Assembly (NCBI GenBank): GCA_965203805.1
Contig: OZ241917.1
Span: forward strand, 5,024,001 to 5,088,000
Origin: Candidatus Latescibacterota bacterium
GTDB taxonomy: Bacteria > Latescibacterota > UBA2968 > GCA-2709665
Direction of reading: 5' to 3'
DNA length: 64,000 bases
Shown here: one piece after another, positions 1 through 9,578 of the stretch
How the letters are laid out: every line of letters begins with the position of its first letter
Position numbering within the stretch: position 1 is the first letter of the stretch
Notes under the pieces: model-generated
Told to the model about the DNA's origin: nothing
The model's database searches: none
The model's input: only the letters and a program-made list of their open reading frames with translations
Program-made: the position numbers and the translations under genes

Positions 1-327
1 CGGCATACCGGACGGGTTCAGACCCAATGTTACGAGAATCAGTCGTCACCGGGCTGGTACTGGCTGACTATTCAGGATGCCCGCGCCACCAAAGAACACG
101 CCATACGATGCCTGAAGCGCATGACAGACCTGGAAGACCCTCGCCTGGTCGTTTTCGGTGACGAGGTAAACGACATCGGCATGTTCAAGACCGCGGATGA
201 GGCCCTGGCCGTGGCCAATGCCATTCCCGCACTCAAGGAATGCGCCACCGGTATCATTGACTCGAATGAAGCAGACGGCGTTGCCCGCTTTATATCCGGA
301 CGCTGGTACGGAGCACGTAAACGCTGA
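1..327 (+). CDS. Cof-type HAD-superfamily hydrolase, C-terminal part (5' end outside window)
   Basis: Frame is open from base 1. Contains the HAD IIB motif IV region 'TKEHA...VVFGDEVNDIGMF..A...AVANA' and a 'SNEADGVA' tail. Confidence 0.85.
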   Translation, partial: RHTGRVQTQCYENQSSPGWYWLTIQDARATKEHAIRCLKRMTDLEDPRLVVFGDEVNDIGMFKTADEALAVANAIPALKECATGIIDSNEADGVARFISGRWYGARKR

Positions 328-342
328 GGAAGCCGTTGTGAG

Positions 343-394
343 GGTGGGGCAGACATTCCTGTCTGCCATCCTCGACTCCGCTCAGAATGACATG
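343..394. repeat. REP-like palindrome (GGTGGGGCAGACATTCCTGTCTGCC) followed by a CGCTCAGAATGACA half-site
   Basis: Near-identical copies at 48118-48143 and 49612-49637, and an interrupted copy at 9436-9494. Confidence 0.8.
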
Positions 395-536
395 CTTTGC
401 GATAGCGATCGTCGAAATGTATCCGTCACCCGTGGGTCTGGCAGGAATGTCTCTAGCGTCGCGTTCCGGCGAAACAGAATCCCGCCGCCCGCAGAGGGAC
501 GACGGGATTTAATCAAACGTCACCGGCAATTCAGTT

Positions 537-790
537 TCACTTGATGATTTTGAGTCGCTTCAGGTCTTCTTCCGACCAACCTACGCTATCCAGAATACCC
601 TTCAGGATTTTTGGACCGAAAGTTTTTTTGGATGATAGTGAATAACCACCCGCTTGCCGTCTTTATAGAATGGCCTGGTGGCGCTTCTGCTTCGTTCCTC
701 TTCCCACCCATCCGCCCGCATCGCGCGCATGAGTTTCTCGACCGAAATTGCCCTTATCTGGCTCCAGACACGCTTGTCGTAGACGGCCAT
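537..790 (-). pseudogene. hicA: HicA-family mRNA interferase toxin, split by a -1 frameshift at an A7 run
   Basis: MAVYDKRVW...LMRAMRADGW...VVIHYHPKK stops early. The -1 frame continues TFGPKILKGILDSVGWSEEDLKRLKIIK*, a typical HicA C-terminus. Confidence 0.7.
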
Positions 791-1083
791 GTCAACCCTG
801 TCCATTCGTTGGGCCGAGAATTGGAGGGCTCGCCAATACTCGCGAAGCCCATATCAAGGTCTTCGACCTTTTCGATGATCAGGTCCGGCCCGACAGGCAG
901 TGGCTCTCCGCGATTCTTCAGCGAATCCAGATAGGCCCTGATTCCATCTCTGGTTCGGCGGAGGGCTTCCTTTTTCGTTGGGCCGTCTATATGAAGGCCG
1001 GGCAGTGCCGGTGCGTGGACGTAGAATTGATCCTCGTCCGGCTCTACAACGACCAGGACGCGAATCTTATATCGGGCATGCAT
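754..1083 (-). CDS. hicB: HicB-family antitoxin
   Basis: 'VVVEPDEDQFYVHAPALPGLHIDGPTKKEAL...I..YL.SL...GEPLP' is the HicB partial RNase H fold signature. Confidence 0.85.
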   Translation of the reverse strand: MHARYKIRVLVVVEPDEDQFYVHAPALPGLHIDGPTKKEALRRTRDGIRAYLDSLKNRGEPLPVGPDLIIEKVEDLDMGFASIGEPSNSRPNEWTGLTWPSTTSVSGAR

Positions 1084-1234
1084 CTTTAACCGTCCTTTGG
1101 GCTGCACGACTATTCGAGTTCCAGGTTTGTGCTCGTCTGAAGGTGTGTAATCTCTCAATACGAAATCCAAATCCTTTGTTTGTCCGTGTAGCGAAGTGGG
1201 ATGCAATTCGGGCCGTATAATGACGTCGGTTACA

Positions 1235-1264
1235 AATATACCAAATGAAGGAGTGCCAAGTCAA
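1235..1264 (-). promoter_or_regulatory. Putative sigma70 promoter for hicBA
   Basis: Minus strand reads TTGACT-18 bp-TATATT. Confidence 0.5.
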
Positions 1265-1432
1265 TTCCCTGTTTTCCCGCGGTCCCTGAAATGTACTTTC
1301 CGTGCAATCCCTTCGCACCAAACGTCTCCGCAGCGGGGCTTTTTCATTTGCCGGGAGGAAGATTAAGGATTATTTTTATTATGACTTATTCAGCGCATTG
1401 TCTTCAATCGTCGCGATCGGAGAGCGTTTGAT

Positions 1433-2218
1433 GTGACGACCCTTGAGGCGGTTCTTCTCGGTTTGGTGCAGGGACTGTCCGAATTCCTGCCGGTGAGCAG
1501 TTCGGGTCATCTCGTCCTGGGACGGGCCCTGCTGGGCATTCAGTCGGGGGACCTGGTGTTCGAGGTGATCGTCCACTTCGGCACGTTGCTCGCCGTTTTT
1601 ACGGTTCTCGGCGGTCGGATCCGGGCGCTGGCATTCGGCTGCATCCGGAGGGATGCCGCGTCCTTACGAATGCTGCTGCTGCTGCTGGTCGGCACGGTTC
1701 CGGCCGGCGCGACGGGTTTTTTTTTCGAGGACTATGTCGCACGTGCGTTTGGCAGCCCTGCCGCGGCGGCGGGATGCCTCGTCGCAACGGGAATCGTGTT
1801 GTGGAGCACGCGATTCGTCACGGCAAGACGAGATGAAGTCGGGTTTGGCGACGCCTTGCTGATCGGGCTCGCGCAGGCGCTGGCGATACTGCCCGGGATT
1901 TCGCGCTCCGGTCTGACAATCAGTGCGGGCATGTGGCGTGGCGTTGAAGGCAGGGAGGCGGCGACATTCTCGTTTCTGCTGTCGATTCCGGTGATCCTTG
2001 GCGCAACCGCATTGAAGGCGGGCAGCCTGGTTGCCGATCCGCCGGACTGGAACGTCGTCGGGCCGCTGGTGGTGGGTCTGGCTGCGGCAATCGCTTCCGG
2101 CGTGGTTGCGATACGGTGGTTGTTTGCCGTGCTGAGGGGCGGCCGTCTGGACCGGTTTTCGTATTATTGCTGGGCGATCGGATTCGTGGCGCTGGCGATC
2201 TTCTGGCTGCATTCGTGA
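1433..2218 (+). CDS. uppP: Undecaprenyl-diphosphate phosphatase (BacA/UppP)
   Basis: Motifs 'GLVQGLSEFLPVSSSGHL' and 'PGISRSG'; multipass hydrophobic protein. Confidence 0.95.
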   Translation: MTTLEAVLLGLVQGLSEFLPVSSSGHLVLGRALLGIQSGDLVFEVIVHFGTLLAVFTVLGGRIRALAFGCIRRDAASLRMLLLLLVGTVPAGATGFFFEDYVARAFGSPAAAAGCLVATGIVLWSTRFVTARRDEVGFGDALLIGLAQALAILPGISRSGLTISAGMWRGVEGREAATFSFLLSIPVILGATALKAGSLVADPPDWNVVGPLVVGLAAAIASGVVAIRWLFAVLRGGRLDRFSYYCWAIGFVALAIFWLHS

Positions 2219-2229
2219 AGGGATTCCTT

Positions 2230-2625
2230 ATGCGCATTGCAATTTGCCTCACTGCCCTGGCCGTGATACTGGGGTGTGGAAGGAATTCAAAAGCCCTGGA
2301 TGCCGAAGAGCTTTCGAATATGCTCTCCATAACGAATCTGTCCGCGCGGCCGGTGCTCAATCAGGACGATCCGCCCCTGATTGTCGCGGTGCGTGTCGCG
2401 GCGGACGTGGTCCACGTTGGAGACGTTCCGATCGACGCGCCCTTTGTCCTGACCTGGCGCCTGGTGGATGATCAGAATGACACCGTGGGGCAGGCTTCGA
2501 TACGACTGGAGGGAAATATGGCGCCCGGCGCCGTCCGACCCGTCACGCTGACGATTGAATTCGAGGCCAGAGAGACCGTCGCCGGGCTCCGGAACGTGGC
2601 GACGTTCGATCCGGTTTCGTCGTAA
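2230..2625 (+). CDS. Hypothetical lipoprotein
   Basis: Signal peptide with lipobox MRIAICLTALAVILG-C; lies directly after uppP. Confidence 0.65.
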   Translation: MRIAICLTALAVILGCGRNSKALDAEELSNMLSITNLSARPVLNQDDPPLIVAVRVAADVVHVGDVPIDAPFVLTWRLVDDQNDTVGQASIRLEGNMAPGAVRPVTLTIEFEARETVAGLRNVATFDPVSS

Positions 2626-2698
2626 CCCAGAATTGCCTTGATTGCCCTCCTCGAATGTGGTATTATCCGGTCCGAACTATTGTTCAGGGACTTCCAAT

Positions 2699-2722
2699 CC
2701 GGCATCGCTGCCGGGCTTTTTT
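2699..2722 (+). terminator. Putative intrinsic terminator
   Basis: CCGGCA-TCGC-TGCCGG stem followed by a T run. Confidence 0.55.
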
Positions 2723-2740
2723 TCGCCCGGAAAGGAACAA

Positions 2741-3457
2741 ATGGAACTCTATATTATCCGTCATGGTCAGTCGGCCAACAATGCGATGGCGGAGGGAGGC
2801 CAGCGGGTGAGCGATCCGCCGCTGACCGACATCGGCGAGGTTCAGGCCGACCGGCTGGCCCGTTACCTTACCGTGACCGGAGACGGCGTTCAGGAAATCC
2901 GCGCCGCAGGGACGCATCAGAATTGCGCGGGTTTCGAGTTCGACCGGATATTCTCGAGCCCGATGTTGCGCGCGATACAGACAGCGGCGCCGGTCGGGCG
3001 TGCGCTGGGAATCCGGCCCGAAATCTGGATCGACATTCACGAGGAAGGCGGAGTCTGGCTGGACGAAGGCGATGGACGGGGTGGGGTGGGGTATCCGGGT
3101 CTCACGCGCAGGGAAGTCGCTGCGCGGTTCCCGGAATTTGCCCTGCCCGAAGCGATCACGGACGAAGGCTGGTGGAACCGTCCGCCGGAGATCAGGGCGG
3201 AGTGGCGCGCGCGGGCGAGGAGGGTGGCCTCGGTCCTGCACGAACGATTCGCGGGCACAGCAAACCGGATCGCGCTGGTGTGCCACGGCGGCTTCGCCAA
3301 CGACCTCCTCCACGCCGTGTTCGCGGGAATGCCGGACGGCGTCTACTTCGAGAACCCGAATACGGCGATCGGCCGGCTGGATTTCAATGGCAGGGGATGG
3401 GTTCAGGTCCGATACCTGGGACGGGTGGCTCATCTCACGCCGGAACTGACGACCTGA
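2741..3457 (+). CDS. Histidine phosphatase (phosphoglycerate mutase-like) family protein
   Basis: Motifs 'IIRHGQS', 'SSPMLRAIQTA' and 'LVCHGG'; AAGGA RBS upstream. Confidence 0.9.
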   Translation: MELYIIRHGQSANNAMAEGGQRVSDPPLTDIGEVQADRLARYLTVTGDGVQEIRAAGTHQNCAGFEFDRIFSSPMLRAIQTAAPVGRALGIRPEIWIDIHEEGGVWLDEGDGRGGVGYPGLTRREVAARFPEFALPEAITDEGWWNRPPEIRAEWRARARRVASVLHERFAGTANRIALVCHGGFANDLLHAVFAGMPDGVYFENPNTAIGRLDFNGRGWVQVRYLGRVAHLTPELTT

Positions 3458-3626
3458 AGCAGCGGTTTCGAAGACGAGGCCCGGAAGAATGGCGATGGAG
3501 CCCGGAAGGGCCGGACCGGGGTTGATTTCAAATGGACCCTGCCGTCCGTCCTGATTGACGATGGGGCTCGATCGAAATCTCGCGTTGTAATCCATCCAAC
3601 TCCCTTTTCCATCGAGGTGTCTCAGT

Positions 3627-4634
3627 ATGGCAAGACCCGAAGTGATTCTATCCGGTTTTGCGGATGAAGGCCCCGTGAGCAAGCGGGCCGAAGAGCAGCT
3701 GACGATGATGTCCGCCCTTGGGCTCTCCTATTACACGATCCGGTTTATCGATCTCGGCAACGGTGTGAAGAACGTCATGGAGCTGTCAGACGAGGAAGTG
3801 CATCGGCTCCAGGATCTCCACAACGCGTATGGCATAGGGGTATCGAGCGTGGGCTCTCCGCTGGGCAAGGTCAAGCTCGTGGATGAGGAAGACGGTACAC
3901 AGAACCGGTACGTCCCGTTCCAAACCTATCTGCAGAATGACGTGCAGCGGGCGATCGATCTGGCGCAAGCCTTCGATACCAGACTTCTCCGGGGCTTCAG
4001 CTATTACCATCCCCACGGGGAGGATCCCTGGCCGTACCTGGACCGGGCGGCGGATCAACTGGGGCAGATTGTTGAAAAATGCGCGTCGGCAGGCGTGGTC
4101 TACGGCATGGAGGTGGAGGCGGACCTGATTGGCGGTGATGGAGACACGTTGATTGCACTGTTCGAGAAGGTCAACAGTCCCTATGTGTGCATCATTCCGG
4201 ACGTGGGTAACATGGAGTCCAGCGGTCACAGCCCGTACAGCGCATACGAGCACTACGTCAAGATGAAGCCCGGAGTGGGATGGATACACATCAAGGGATT
4301 CAACAATCCGTCGGACCAGGCCATGCTGGATGCCGCCGGGGAGCGGGGATTGACCCGGTTCATCCCGGTCGACCGCGGCGATTCGGGCCACGAGCAGGTG
4401 TTGCGCGACTTCCGGACGCTGGTGCCGGAAATCCAGGAGCGCCTGTCGCCTCTGAGCGTACCGGGGGTTTTCGTGGACCTGGAGCCGCACGTCAAGGGCG
4501 GCGGCCAGTTCGGCGGCGTCAGCGGGGTGGACGGGTTCGGCGTGGCCTTCCGCAGCCTTTGCCGGCTCCTGGATTACCTGGAGTACGACTATCGTCTGAC
4601 AGGCTACGAGGATATCTCCAATCCCGCGTCGTAA
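3627..4634 (+). CDS. Sugar phosphate isomerase/epimerase (xylose isomerase-like TIM barrel)
   Basis: Metal-site pattern 'LSGFADE', 'YGMEVE', 'IPDVGN', 'WIHIKG', 'DLEPH'. Confidence 0.8.
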   Translation: MARPEVILSGFADEGPVSKRAEEQLTMMSALGLSYYTIRFIDLGNGVKNVMELSDEEVHRLQDLHNAYGIGVSSVGSPLGKVKLVDEEDGTQNRYVPFQTYLQNDVQRAIDLAQAFDTRLLRGFSYYHPHGEDPWPYLDRAADQLGQIVEKCASAGVVYGMEVEADLIGGDGDTLIALFEKVNSPYVCIIPDVGNMESSGHSPYSAYEHYVKMKPGVGWIHIKGFNNPSDQAMLDAAGERGLTRFIPVDRGDSGHEQVLRDFRTLVPEIQERLSPLSVPGVFVDLEPHVKGGGQFGGVSGVDGFGVAFRSLCRLLDYLEYDYRLTGYEDISNPAS

Positions 4635-4711
4635 ACTTGATCGTGGGCGAATACCACCAGGGGTGCAGTCGAAGCGCCCCTGTTCTTTTTGATTTCCAGA
4701 CCGAGGTCGCA

Positions 4712-6997
4712 GTGGCTGTTTCCGCCCATCCACCGGAATCCAACAGGGTCACCTTCGCCCGGAGTCTGGGCTGCTTCGACGCATCGATGATCGGAATCGG
4801 CGCGATGATCGGCGCCGGGATCTTCGTGCTGACCGGAATCGCCGCGGGCGAGGCGGGTCCGGCGTCGATCATGGCGTTTGCGCTCAACGGCCTGGTGACG
4901 TTGATGACGGCGTTCTGCTACGCCGAACTCGCCTCGGCGATCCCCGAGGCCGGCGGCGGATATTCTTTCGTCAAGAAAGCGTTTCCCGGGCCGGTGGGAT
5001 TCTTGTCCGGATGGATGCTCTGGTTCGCCTATACGGTGGCGTGCAGTCTCTACGCGTTGGGATTCGCCGGCTACTTCTGGGAGTTTTTTCACAAGTACAT
5101 GCCGGACGTCAGCCACGCCATTCAGACGACGGCCGGGGTACAGCCTTCCGTTGCACTTGTCACGGTAATCGTCAGCAGCGTCTTCGTCTGGTTGAACGTT
5201 CGCGGAACGGAGGTAACGGGAAAGGCGGAGAACGTGATAACCATCTCCAAGATTCTCGTGCTTCTGGTGTTCGTCTGGTACGGACTGGCGCACATTTTCG
5301 CGGCCCCCGACCAGGCTGTGAAGAGTTTCTCCCCCTTCTTCCCGAAGGGACTGGGGGGCGTGCTGGTGGCGATGGGACTGACGTTTATCGCCTTCGAAGG
5401 CTACGATCTGATCGCGACGGTTGCCGAAGAAATCAAACAGCCGGAAATCAATATCCCAAAGGCCACGTTCATCTCTCTGGGCGTGACCGTGGTCGTCTAT
5501 CTGCTGATCGTCTTTGTCTCTCTGGGCGCGGTTCAACCGGAGGCTACGTCATCGTGGGAGTTTCTGGGCCAGTACCAGGAAACGGCGATTGTCAAAGCGG
5601 CGGACAGTTTCATGCCGGCGTTTGGCGTGGCAACCATCGTATTCGGCGGGCTTCTGTCCACCATGTCCGCACTGAACGCGACGGTGCTGGCCTCCAGCCG
5701 AGTGGCGTTCTCCATGGGCAGGGACCGCTGGCTGCCGCCGGGCATGGCCAGTATTCATTCGGACAGGCGGACGCCGCACATTGCGATTCTGGTCACAGGC
5801 GCGATTCTGACGGGCATCGCGCTGCTCCTCCCCATCCACGTGGTGGGGTCCGCGGCCAGCCTCATGTTTCTGCTCACGTTTACGCTCGTGAACCTGTCGC
5901 TGCTCGTGCTTAGACGCCGGGCGCCGGAAATCACGCGAAGGTTCAAAGTCCCCCTCTTTCCCTGGCTGCCTCTGCTTGGGGCGGCTTCGAATATGCTTCT
6001 GGCGATTTACCAGTTTCGTTTCGATCCCATGGCCTGGTACGTTGCGCTTGGATGGATTGTTGTGGGGTTTTTCGCGTACACCGTCCATTTCCGGAAGGAA
6101 TCGGGTGAGGCCGAGCCTCACGTGCTGGATGCGCTGCCACTGGAGACCGCCCGCGCGCCTTACAGGGTTCTGGTACCCGTGGCCAATCCGAATACCATCG
6201 AGTCGCTGCTGGATGTCTCCATTCCCATTGCCAGGGCTAAGAATGGCGATCTGATCGTCAGCACGACCGTGGAGGTGCCGATCCAGCTGCCCATCCAGGA
6301 AGGGATGAAATACATCAACCACCGGATGCCCCTGTTACGGTCCGCCCAGGCCTACACACAGAAGCAGAATCTCCGCATCGTATCGGACATCAGGGTGGCG
6401 CACAGGGTGGACGAGGGAATTCTCTCCGCCGTATCGGACGAGAATACGGACCTGCTGGTGATTGGATGGAAGGGATTTACCACCACGCGCGAGCGTATAT
6501 TCGGCGAGGTGCTCGACAGGGTGGTGAACCGTGCCACGGCCGACGTCGTGGTGGTCAAGCTGCAGGATCAGGCCAGTTTCGATCGCATTCTGCTGCCCAC
6601 GGCCGGCGGGCCCCACACACGGTTCGCCGTTGAGCTGCTCGAACCGATCGTCGCGGCCTACGGTTCTCGTGTCACGGCCTGTTACGTAATCCCCGAAGAT
6701 GCGGACGCGGAACAGGAAGGCGAGGCCATCGAGCGGGTGCAAGACACGCTGCGGAACGCCAATCTCGGAGAGGTGGCGTGCCGCGCGATCCGGTCGCGGT
6801 CCGTACCGGCGGGCATCGTGAGGGCGGGAGCGGATTTCGATCTGATCGTGATGGGCGCGGCCAATACGGGTTTATTCCAGCAACTCCTGTTCGGTGAAGT
6901 GCCGGACCGGGTGGGGCGTTTCGCCAAGACTTCCGTCATGCTGGTCAGAAAACGCGAAGGACGCGGCAAGGCCTGGCTGAGGCGACTGTTGAGTTGA
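4712..6997 (+). CDS. APC-family amino acid permease fused to two universal stress protein (USP) domains
   Basis: Motifs 'GAMIGAGIF', 'YAELASAIPEAGGGY' and 'FIAFEG', about 12 TM segments, then 'RVLVPVAN' and 'ILLPTAGG...DLIVMGA...LFG' USP repeats. GTG start after a GAGGT RBS. Confidence 0.9.
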   Translation: MAVSAHPPESNRVTFARSLGCFDASMIGIGAMIGAGIFVLTGIAAGEAGPASIMAFALNGLVTLMTAFCYAELASAIPEAGGGYSFVKKAFPGPVGFLSGWMLWFAYTVACSLYALGFAGYFWEFFHKYMPDVSHAIQTTAGVQPSVALVTVIVSSVFVWLNVRGTEVTGKAENVITISKILVLLVFVWYGLAHIFAAPDQAVKSFSPFFPKGLGGVLVAMGLTFIAFEGYDLIATVAEEIKQPEINIPKATFISLGVTVVVYLLIVFVSLGAVQPEATSSWEFLGQYQETAIVKAADSFMPAFGVATIVFGGLLSTMSALNATVLASSRVAFSMGRDRWLPPGMASIHSDRRTPHIAILVTGAILTGIALLLPIHVVGSAASLMFLLTFTLVNLSLLVLRRRAPEITRRFKVPLFPWLPLLGAASNMLLAIYQFRFDPMAWYVALGWIVVGFFAYTVHFRKESGEAEPHVLDALPLETARAPYRVLVPVANPNTIESLLDVSIPIARAKNGDLIVSTTVEVPIQLPIQEGMKYINHRMPLLRSAQAYTQKQNLRIVSDIRVAHRVDEGILSAVSDENTDLLVIGWKGFTTTRERIFGEVLDRVVNRATADVVVVKLQDQASFDRILLPTAGGPHTRFAVELLEPIVAAYGSRVTACYVIPEDADAEQEGEAIERVQDTLRNANLGEVACRAIRSRSVPAGIVRAGADFDLIVMGAANTGLFQQLLFGEVPDRVGRFAKTSVMLVRKREGRGKAWLRRLLS

Positions 6998-7008
6998 GAG
7001 GAGTCACC

Positions 7009-8304
7009 ATGTTGAACGGAGGCGCAGTCACCCTGGACATTACGCCGCCGTTGGGGACGTTGATTCCCGGCCTGTTCCACGAACGCAGGGCTGAGGCGGT
7101 TCACGATCCGCTGAACGTGCGCAGTTTCGTGCTGGAGCACAGCGGCGCCGGAATTGCCATCGTCGTTTGCGATCTGGTCGGCGTCGCCCGCGCATACCTG
7201 GACAGGGCGAAGGCGCGGATCGCCGAAACCGCAGGGCTGACGCCCGAACGGGTGCTGATCTGCTGTACCCATACCCACTCCGGCGCGCAGACGGGCGATG
7301 ACGCGTATACGCACTTCTTGCTGGAGCGGATCGCCGATTCCGTACGCCTTGCGTGGCGCGCGCGCGACGCGGTGTCGGTGGGCTGGGCACGCGCGGAAGA
7401 GGGTCGGCCGGTGTTCAACCGGCGTTTTCATATGGCCGACGGCACGGTGCGGACCAACCCCGGCCTCCGAAATCCGGACGTGTTGAAGCCCGCGGGCCCG
7501 GTGGATCCCGAGGTGAGTGTACTCTGTATTCAGAAACCGGATGGAAAGCCCGTGGGATTGTTATGCAACTACGCGCTGCACTACGTGGGCGGTGGAGACC
7601 ACGAACGGGAGATTTCGGCGGACTATTTCGGATATTTTTCGGGTCTCATCCAGCGAATGCGCGGACAACGGTTTACCGCTGCGTTATCCAACGGCGCCTC
7701 CGGCGACATCAACAACCACGACGTCATGGGAGGAAGCCGGTGTGCGAACGACCGGCACCAGCATTCGGAGCGCGTCGCCGCGCTGGTGTCGGCCCACGCC
7801 TTCTGGGCGTGGAATGAAATGGACTTCGCCGGCGACCTGACGCTGGGCGCTGAAATGGTCGAGGTAGTCCTGCAGCGGAAAGCCGGACCTTCACCGGCCG
7901 ACATCGCCCGCGCCCGCGAAATCGACGAGAAGGGCGGAGACACCATGGCGGATCGGGCATACGCCCGGCGGATTCTGCGCCGGATGGCGGAAGTGCCGGA
8001 GGAAACGCGAACCTGGGTGCAGGCGCTGCGGGTTGGAGACCTTGCCCTTGTGGCCGTACCGGGAGAATTGCTGGTGAGGCTTGGGCTCGAAATCAAGAAA
8101 CGGTCCCCGTTCGGGCAGACGATGGTGCTGGAGCTGGCCAACGACAGCGTGGGATATCTGCCCGATGAGCAGGCCTACAGGGAGGGAGGCTACGAGCCCG
8201 AAGCGGCCCTGTTCGCGCCGGGTTCGGGCGAACAGATCGTGGATGCGGCCGTTGATCTGCTGGACCGGCTGCATCGCGCGCATGCGCAGGGCCGGAAACT
8301 ATAA
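7009..8304 (+). CDS. Neutral/alkaline ceramidase-like hydrolase family protein
   Basis: Motifs 'DITPP', 'HDPL', 'CTHTHSG', 'FNRR', 'NYALH', 'NGASGDIN', 'PGE', 'ELAND..GY', 'GGYE'. Confidence 0.8.
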   Translation: MLNGGAVTLDITPPLGTLIPGLFHERRAEAVHDPLNVRSFVLEHSGAGIAIVVCDLVGVARAYLDRAKARIAETAGLTPERVLICCTHTHSGAQTGDDAYTHFLLERIADSVRLAWRARDAVSVGWARAEEGRPVFNRRFHMADGTVRTNPGLRNPDVLKPAGPVDPEVSVLCIQKPDGKPVGLLCNYALHYVGGGDHEREISADYFGYFSGLIQRMRGQRFTAALSNGASGDINNHDVMGGSRCANDRHQHSERVAALVSAHAFWAWNEMDFAGDLTLGAEMVEVVLQRKAGPSPADIARAREIDEKGGDTMADRAYARRILRRMAEVPEETRTWVQALRVGDLALVAVPGELLVRLGLEIKKRSPFGQTMVLELANDSVGYLPDEQAYREGGYEPEAALFAPGSGEQIVDAAVDLLDRLHRAHAQGRKL

Positions 8305-8344
8305 AAGGACGGTCCGGCCGGGAGAGAACACCAAAGGAGGAGAT

Positions 8345-9388
8345 ATGCCGGACAAGGTACGTATCGGAGTGATCGGCGCCGGCGGCATTTTTCGGAGCCG
8401 TCATTTTCCGGGGCTGGCGAAAATCGGAAACGCGGACGTGGTTGCCATCTGCAACCGGAGCGAGGAGAGCGCGGGCGGAATCGCGCGCGAGTTCGGCCTT
8501 TCGCCGAGGCTGATGACCGATCCGTACGCGTTGATTGCAAGCGAGGACGTGGACGCCGTGATGATCGGCACCTGGCCGTACCGGCACTGCGAATACGTGC
8601 TGGCGTCCCTGGACGCCGGAAAGCACGTCTTCGTGCAGGCGCGGATGGCGATGAACCTGCGGGAGGCGAAGGCCATGTACGCCAGGGCACGGGAAACCGG
8701 CCTTGTCACGCAGATCTGTCCGTCCCCGATGGCGATGAAAGGCGACAGGTTCATCCAACGACTGATCCGCGAGGGATACCTGGGCGACATCTACCACGTG
8801 TATACCCGTTCGTTCAGCGGCGATAACTGCGATCCTCAGCAACCGCTGCACTGGCGGCAGATCGACCGGTATTCCGGTTTGAACGCGCTGAACATGGGCA
8901 TCCTGGTGGAAATCGTGCAACGCTGGGCAGGCCGGATGAAGACGATATCGGCGCAGGCCGAGACGTTTATTCGATCCCGCCCGCTGGCCGGCGGCCGGGG
9001 GACGGGGCCGGTGGAGCGCCCCGATACCGTGCATATCATGGGACAGATGGAAAACGGCGCGCAGGCCGCGTTTCTGTTTTCCTCCGTGGCACGGTTCGGC
9101 GTGGATCCGCAGGTGGAACTGTACGGCAGCGACGGGACCCTGATCTACAAGCTGGACGGCGATATCATTCTGGGCGGGCGGGCCGGAGACAGCGGTCTGT
9201 CGGAGGTTCCCATACCGGATGACGAATCCCGCGAGTGGACCGTGGAGCAGGATTTCGTGAGCGCGATTCAGGGCGGGCCTCCAGGGGATACCACCTTCGA
9301 GGCGGGCGTGAATTATATGGCGTTTACTGAAGCGGTGTTCAGATCCGTGGAACGGGGCGGCGTGGTGCATCTGCCCCTGGTGGACTGA
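8345..9388 (+). CDS. Gfo/Idh/MocA family oxidoreductase
   Basis: Rossmann 'IGVIGAGG' and 'AGKHVFVQARMA'; AGGAGG RBS. Confidence 0.88.
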   Translation: MPDKVRIGVIGAGGIFRSRHFPGLAKIGNADVVAICNRSEESAGGIAREFGLSPRLMTDPYALIASEDVDAVMIGTWPYRHCEYVLASLDAGKHVFVQARMAMNLREAKAMYARARETGLVTQICPSPMAMKGDRFIQRLIREGYLGDIYHVYTRSFSGDNCDPQQPLHWRQIDRYSGLNALNMGILVEIVQRWAGRMKTISAQAETFIRSRPLAGGRGTGPVERPDTVHIMGQMENGAQAAFLFSSVARFGVDPQVELYGSDGTLIYKLDGDIILGGRAGDSGLSEVPIPDDESREWTVEQDFVSAIQGGPPGDTTFEAGVNYMAFTEAVFRSVERGGVVHLPLVD

Positions 9389-9442
9389 ACGTGAAATCCT
9401 TCCGTCACAGGTGACGCGGCGTGCGCGTGTATGAAGGTGGGG

Positions 9443-9475
9443 CCTGCCTGCAGCGCAGGGCACTGCGCAGGCAGG
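9443..9475. mobile_element. 33-bp palindromic insertion (CCTGCCTGC-N15-GCAGGCAGG) inside a REP
   Basis: Removing it restores GTATGAAGGTGGGG^CGGACACTCCTGTCTGCCC, which matches the uninterrupted copy at 49605-49637. Confidence 0.75.
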
Positions 9476-9578
9476 CGGACACTCCTGTCTGCCCGCTTTG
9501 CTGTCCTTGTCCGGATGTGAATAAAGCCCAACGGTTTGTGTCGAAGTCGTTATCCAAGAAACTGAAAGGACCGGTCTC

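Noticed and set aside
1290-1320. tRNA-like 3' end (GTGCAATCCCTTCGCACCA) near the TA module
   Set aside because: No cloverleaf, T-stem or acceptor pairing could be built.
3490-3570. GGCGATGGAG start resembling a fluoride riboswitch
   Set aside because: It lacks the P1 complement and the downstream conserved segment, and the adjacent gene is unrelated.
4280-4711. N-terminal extension of the 905-aa permease ORF
   Set aside because: It overlaps the isomerase gene in another frame, and a GTG with RBS at 4712 fits the APC N-terminus.
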